NCBI GenBank assembly: GCA_017532345.1
Contig: JAFXJJ010000005.1
Span: forward strand, 2,193 to 66,192
Direction: 5' to 3'
Length of the DNA: 64,000 nt
Source of the DNA: Erysipelotrichales bacterium
GTDB taxonomy: Bacteria > Bacillota_I > Bacilli_A > Erysipelotrichales > Erysipelotrichaceae
Under the pieces are notes generated by a model. That model did not search any database, was not told where the DNA came from, and worked only from the letters and a program-made list of their open reading frames with translations. Positions 60,863 through 64,000 of this stretch are shown piece after piece. Each line of letters opens with the position of its first letter. Positions within the stretch are counted from its first letter, which is position 1. A program made the translations under genes and the position numbers.

Positions 60863-61771
60863 TTATCTTCTATTATTCCAAGCTGATGGCATCCATGGAT
60901 ATTTAGCTTCATTTTCTTTACCATATGTTTCTAATCTCTGCATTTGTTCAACAACATGTGGCATATTAAAACGTTTTACTAACTCATCAATCATTTCTAC
61001 ACCAAGATCAGCATATTCTTTTCTAGTACTTTCATCAGGTAATGCTACTGTTGCACCATGATCATCATTTTCGCCAAAACAATATCCTATTGCTCCACTT
61101 TGATATGCTAAATTAAACAAGTCATTGAATTGTACACAACTCTGAGGTTTATTATGCTCGTATTCAGTAGTCAATGGTATATCTTCTAATCTCCCCATCA
61201 CTTCATATGCACCTATGAAAATAGCATTTGCACGTTTTACAAATTCCTTTGCTTTGGTTACATCTTGCGCATTATTCATAATTTTCTTCGATGAATCAGT
61301 GGATAATGATTCTGTCATAAAAATATCACTAGCATGTGTAAACATTTGCATAGCCATATCCATATATAAAATTGGAACACCAGTCTCATCATAAAAATCA
61401 CGAACCATAGGACTAATTGTCATATGTGCAGGGCCATGAAAACTGATATAAATTTGTCTTTTAAATCCGATACGTAAAAGGTTACGTGCAATGGCACCTA
61501 GATAATCCATCCCTTCTCTAATACTTACCTGAACAGTACTACGTCCAGAAGCTGTTGCTCCAGCGTAAAAATAAGGTAATCCTGTTAAAACAAGGCCATC
61601 ACACGCCTCTGCCATTTTAAGTGCAATTGCTTCACTTGTTACAGTTTCAACATCTAAAGGATATCCACCATGCATTTCAATTGTACCAACAGGAATAATA
61701 ATAATGTCATTACGTTTTAAATATTCTTGCACTTCACTATTTAACATTTTAGGATAAATTCTTGTACGCAT
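60863..61771 (-). CDS. creatininase-family amidohydrolase-like protein
   Basis: DIIIIPVGTIEMHGGYPLDVETV resembles the creatininase-family metal-site motif (PxGxxEQHGxHLPxxTD). Family call is moderate. Confidence 0.5.
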   Translation of the reverse strand: MRTRIYPKMLNSEVQEYLKRNDIIIIPVGTIEMHGGYPLDVETVTSEAIALKMAEACDGLVLTGLPYFYAGATASGRSTVQVSIREGMDYLGAIARNLLRIGFKRQIYISFHGPAHMTISPMVRDFYDETGVPILYMDMAMQMFTHASDIFMTESLSTDSSKKIMNNAQDVTKAKEFVKRANAIFIGAYEVMGRLEDIPLTTEYEHNKPQSCVQFNDLFNLAYQSGAIGYCFGENDDHGATVALPDESTRKEYADLGVEMIDELVKRFNMPHVVEQMQRLETYGKENEAKYPWMPSAWNNRR

Positions 61772-62025
61772 ACCTTTATTTCCTTTCCATCATACGATGT
61801 TTACATGTAGTATATTTATCATATTTTTTCATACCACATTCCATAAAAATCATATCACAGAGAATTTTACTTAAAAATTACAATTACAATCGATTATATT
61901 ACAATTCGTGCAAATTATTTATACCTATATTATGGTTTGTTAATAAAAATTTCATTTTCTTTAAGACTATATTACACATAGATACATTTTGTCACAAAAA
62001 ATGTCACTGCTCATCATCAAGACAC

Positions 62026-62062
62026 AAAAAAAAGACTGAATTACATTGTTCAGTCTTTTTTG
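62026..62062. terminator. terminator after the GMP synthase gene
   Basis: AAAAGACTGAA-8 nt-TTCAGTCTTTT flanked by A and T runs. Confidence 0.75.
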
Positions 62063-62072
62063 ATTGAATTAA

Positions 62073-63074
62073 TTATTCCCACTCGATTGTTCCAATAGGT
62101 TTAGGTGTAAGATCAAGAAGTACACGGTTAATGCCTTCTACTTCATGAGTAATACGGTGAGTAATATGATGAAGAATTGGATATGGAATTTCTTCAATAG
62201 TTGCTGACATAGCATCTTTTGTATTCACAGCACGGATAATTGCTGGCCATCCTTCATAACGACTTTCATCTTTTACACCAACACTCTTAATATCAGGTAC
62301 AGCAATAAAATATTGCCATACTTTTTCACTTAAACCATTCTTATCAAATTCTTCTCTTAAGATAGCATCTGCTTCACGTAAAGCTTCTAAACGATCACGA
62401 GTAATTGCTCCTAAGCAACGAACACCTAGTCCTGGACCTGGGAATGGTTGACGATATACCATCGCATGTGGTAAACCAAGAGCTTCACCTACAACACGAA
62501 CTTCATCTTTATATAAAAGTTTAAGAGGTTCAACAAGTTCAAATTGAAGATCTTCTGGAAGTCCACCAACATTGTGATGAGACTTAACTGCCTTTTTCCC
62601 TTCAGCAGCTTTCATTGATTCTAAAATATCAGGATAAATAGTACCTTGAGCTAAGAATGTAATATCCTCAAGTTTTCTAGCTTCTTCTGCAAATACTGTG
62701 ATAAATTCTTTACCAATTATTTTACGCTTACGCTCAGGGTCAGCTACACCAGCTAATAAATTTAAGAAATGATCTGTTGCATCCACATAAATTAAATTCG
62801 CATCTAATCCCTTTTGGAACATTTCAATAACATCCTCAGATTCACCTTTACGCATTAATCCATGATTAACATGCACACATACTAATTGTTTACCAATCGC
62901 TTTAATCAATAATGCAGCAACTACAGAAGAGTCTACACCACCAGATAAAGCTAATAATACTTTCTTATCTCCAACTTGTTCTCTAACTAAACGCACTTGT
63001 TCTTCAATAAATGCATCAGCTAATTCTTTAGTAGTAATTCTTTCCATCGATTCTGGTCTAACATTTGTACCCAT
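62073..63074 (-). CDS. guaA: GMP synthase ATP-pyrophosphatase + dimerisation domains only (no glutamine amidotransferase domain)
   Basis: 333 aa. LALSGGVDSSV PP-loop and C-terminal KPIGTIEWE. The alignment to canonical GuaA begins at about residue 190, after the GATase domain. Confidence 0.85.
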   Translation of the reverse strand: MGTNVRPESMERITTKELADAFIEEQVRLVREQVGDKKVLLALSGGVDSSVVAALLIKAIGKQLVCVHVNHGLMRKGESEDVIEMFQKGLDANLIYVDATDHFLNLLAGVADPERKRKIIGKEFITVFAEEARKLEDITFLAQGTIYPDILESMKAAEGKKAVKSHHNVGGLPEDLQFELVEPLKLLYKDEVRVVGEALGLPHAMVYRQPFPGPGLGVRCLGAITRDRLEALREADAILREEFDKNGLSEKVWQYFIAVPDIKSVGVKDESRYEGWPAIIRAVNTKDAMSATIEEIPYPILHHITHRITHEVEGINRVLLDLTPKPIGTIEWE

Positions 63075-63107
63075 ATTATTTCCTCACTTTCAATATTATA
63101 GATTTTA

Positions 63108-64000
63108 TTAATTAGTATAGTTATCAAAATAACCTTGTACTAAAACGATAGGTGTACCTTTATCTCCTGACCCACTTGTAAGGTCACATAATGATCCAAT
63201 TAAGTCAGTTAATTGGCGTGGTGTAGTACCTTGAGATGCCATATTACCTACAAGATTATTATCCTTTTCTCTAATACTCTTAGAAATAGCTTCTGTTAAT
63301 GCTTCTCCACTTAAATCTTTGAAATCATTATCAGCTAAGTATTTTAATTTTAATTCATTAGGTGTACCAATTAAGCCATCAGTAAATGCTGGTGATACAC
63401 ATGGATCAGCTAGTTCCCAAATCTTACCTTGAGGATCTCTAAATGCTCCATCGCCATATACCATAACTTCAAAGTGCTTTCCAGTTCTTTCAAGTAACAT
63501 CGATTGGATTGTAAGTACTAAGTCTTTACATTCTCTTGGGAATAATTTAATTGAATCTTCTGTAGATTTATTAGATCCTAATAATCCAAACTTTTCATTA
63601 TATCCACTACCATCAATTGATGTAGTCAAGATTTCATCTAAACTATATACCTTTTTAGCACCATTAGCTAATAAAATACGTTTTGTTCTTTTTCTAGTAT
63701 GAATATCGCAATTTAATACATATGGAGTATAATTTAAAATTGTTTTAGCTTGATTAGCAAATACAATTTCAACTTCTGCTCCTTCAGCTTTAATTAAATC
63801 TGCATAATATTCTACATAGTCTACGCCTGTAAACTCATGTTTATGATAACCGAAATATTTACGATATTCTTCTAATGATAATACATCACTATAAGGATTA
63901 AGACCTGCTTCATCAATCATATCCATTGTAACTAAAGCATTACCAACTTCATCACTTGGATAAGTAAGCATTAAAATAACTTTTTTAGCTCCTCTAGCAA
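63108..64000 (-). CDS. CofE / F420-0:gamma-glutamyl-ligase-like family protein, 5' end beyond the window
   Basis: The track ORF starts at 63971, but the frame is open to the window edge (...ARGAKKVIL-MLTYPSDEV...). The C-terminus DLTSGSGDKGTPIVLVQGY resembles the CofE-family end motif. Family call is tentative. Confidence 0.4.
   Translation of the reverse strand, partial: ARGAKKVILMLTYPSDEVGNALVTMDMIDEAGLNPYSDVLSLEEYRKYFGYHKHEFTGVDYVEYYADLIKAEGAEVEIVFANQAKTILNYTPYVLNCDIHTRKRTKRILLANGAKKVYSLDEILTTSIDGSGYNEKFGLLGSNKSTEDSIKLFPRECKDLVLTIQSMLLERTGKHFEVMVYGDGAFRDPQGKIWELADPCVSPAFTDGLIGTPNELKLKYLADNDFKDLSGEALTEAISKSIREKDNNLVGNMASQGTTPRQLTDLIGSLCDLTSGSGDKGTPIVLVQGYFDNYTN

Overview
Low-GC, Firmicutes-like chromosomal window, probably a gut anaerobe of the Erysipelotrichia/Clostridia type; the organism cannot be identified from sequence alone. 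I saw no rRNA, tRNA, CRISPR array, integrase or transposase. Positions 1-17.2 kb form a tightly packed, same-strand (minus) defence island. In order it holds a partial SPPY DNA methyltransferase, a soluble KAP-family P-loop NTPase with a very acidic Cys-cluster partner, a type IC-like hsdM-hsdS-hsdR system, and a PARIS-like ariA/ariB pair. These are followed by a Hachiman-like hamA/hamB pair, an orphan hicB, and a decayed Rpn (YhgA-like) nuclease next to a small Rpn-C-terminal-like ORF. Positions 17.3-46.3 kb are mostly housekeeping or metabolic genes. They include a GPH transporter/GH13/permuted-GH3 sugar operon, an MCP, barnase-barstar, transporters, rlmI, a GGDEF cyclase, redox genes, a serpin lipoprotein, glyA, efp and others. 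Positions 46.4-53.3 kb are a divergently arranged cluster of about 13 small uncharacterised cytoplasmic proteins. The cluster contains three paralog families, a tandem mosaic duplication, two HTH proteins and four copies of a conserved 26-nt palindromic motif (TTGTCGC-N8-CGACC). This cluster and the KAP module are my best candidates for undescribed biology. Positions 54.4-59.4 kb are a licT/PTS/6-phospho-beta-glucosidase operon. The window ends with AraC, a creatininase-family gene, a stand-alone GMP synthase ATP-PPase and a partial CofE-like gene. Several genes carry single in-frame stops or have lost the start codon. All calls rest on hand translation and motif recognition; no searches were run.
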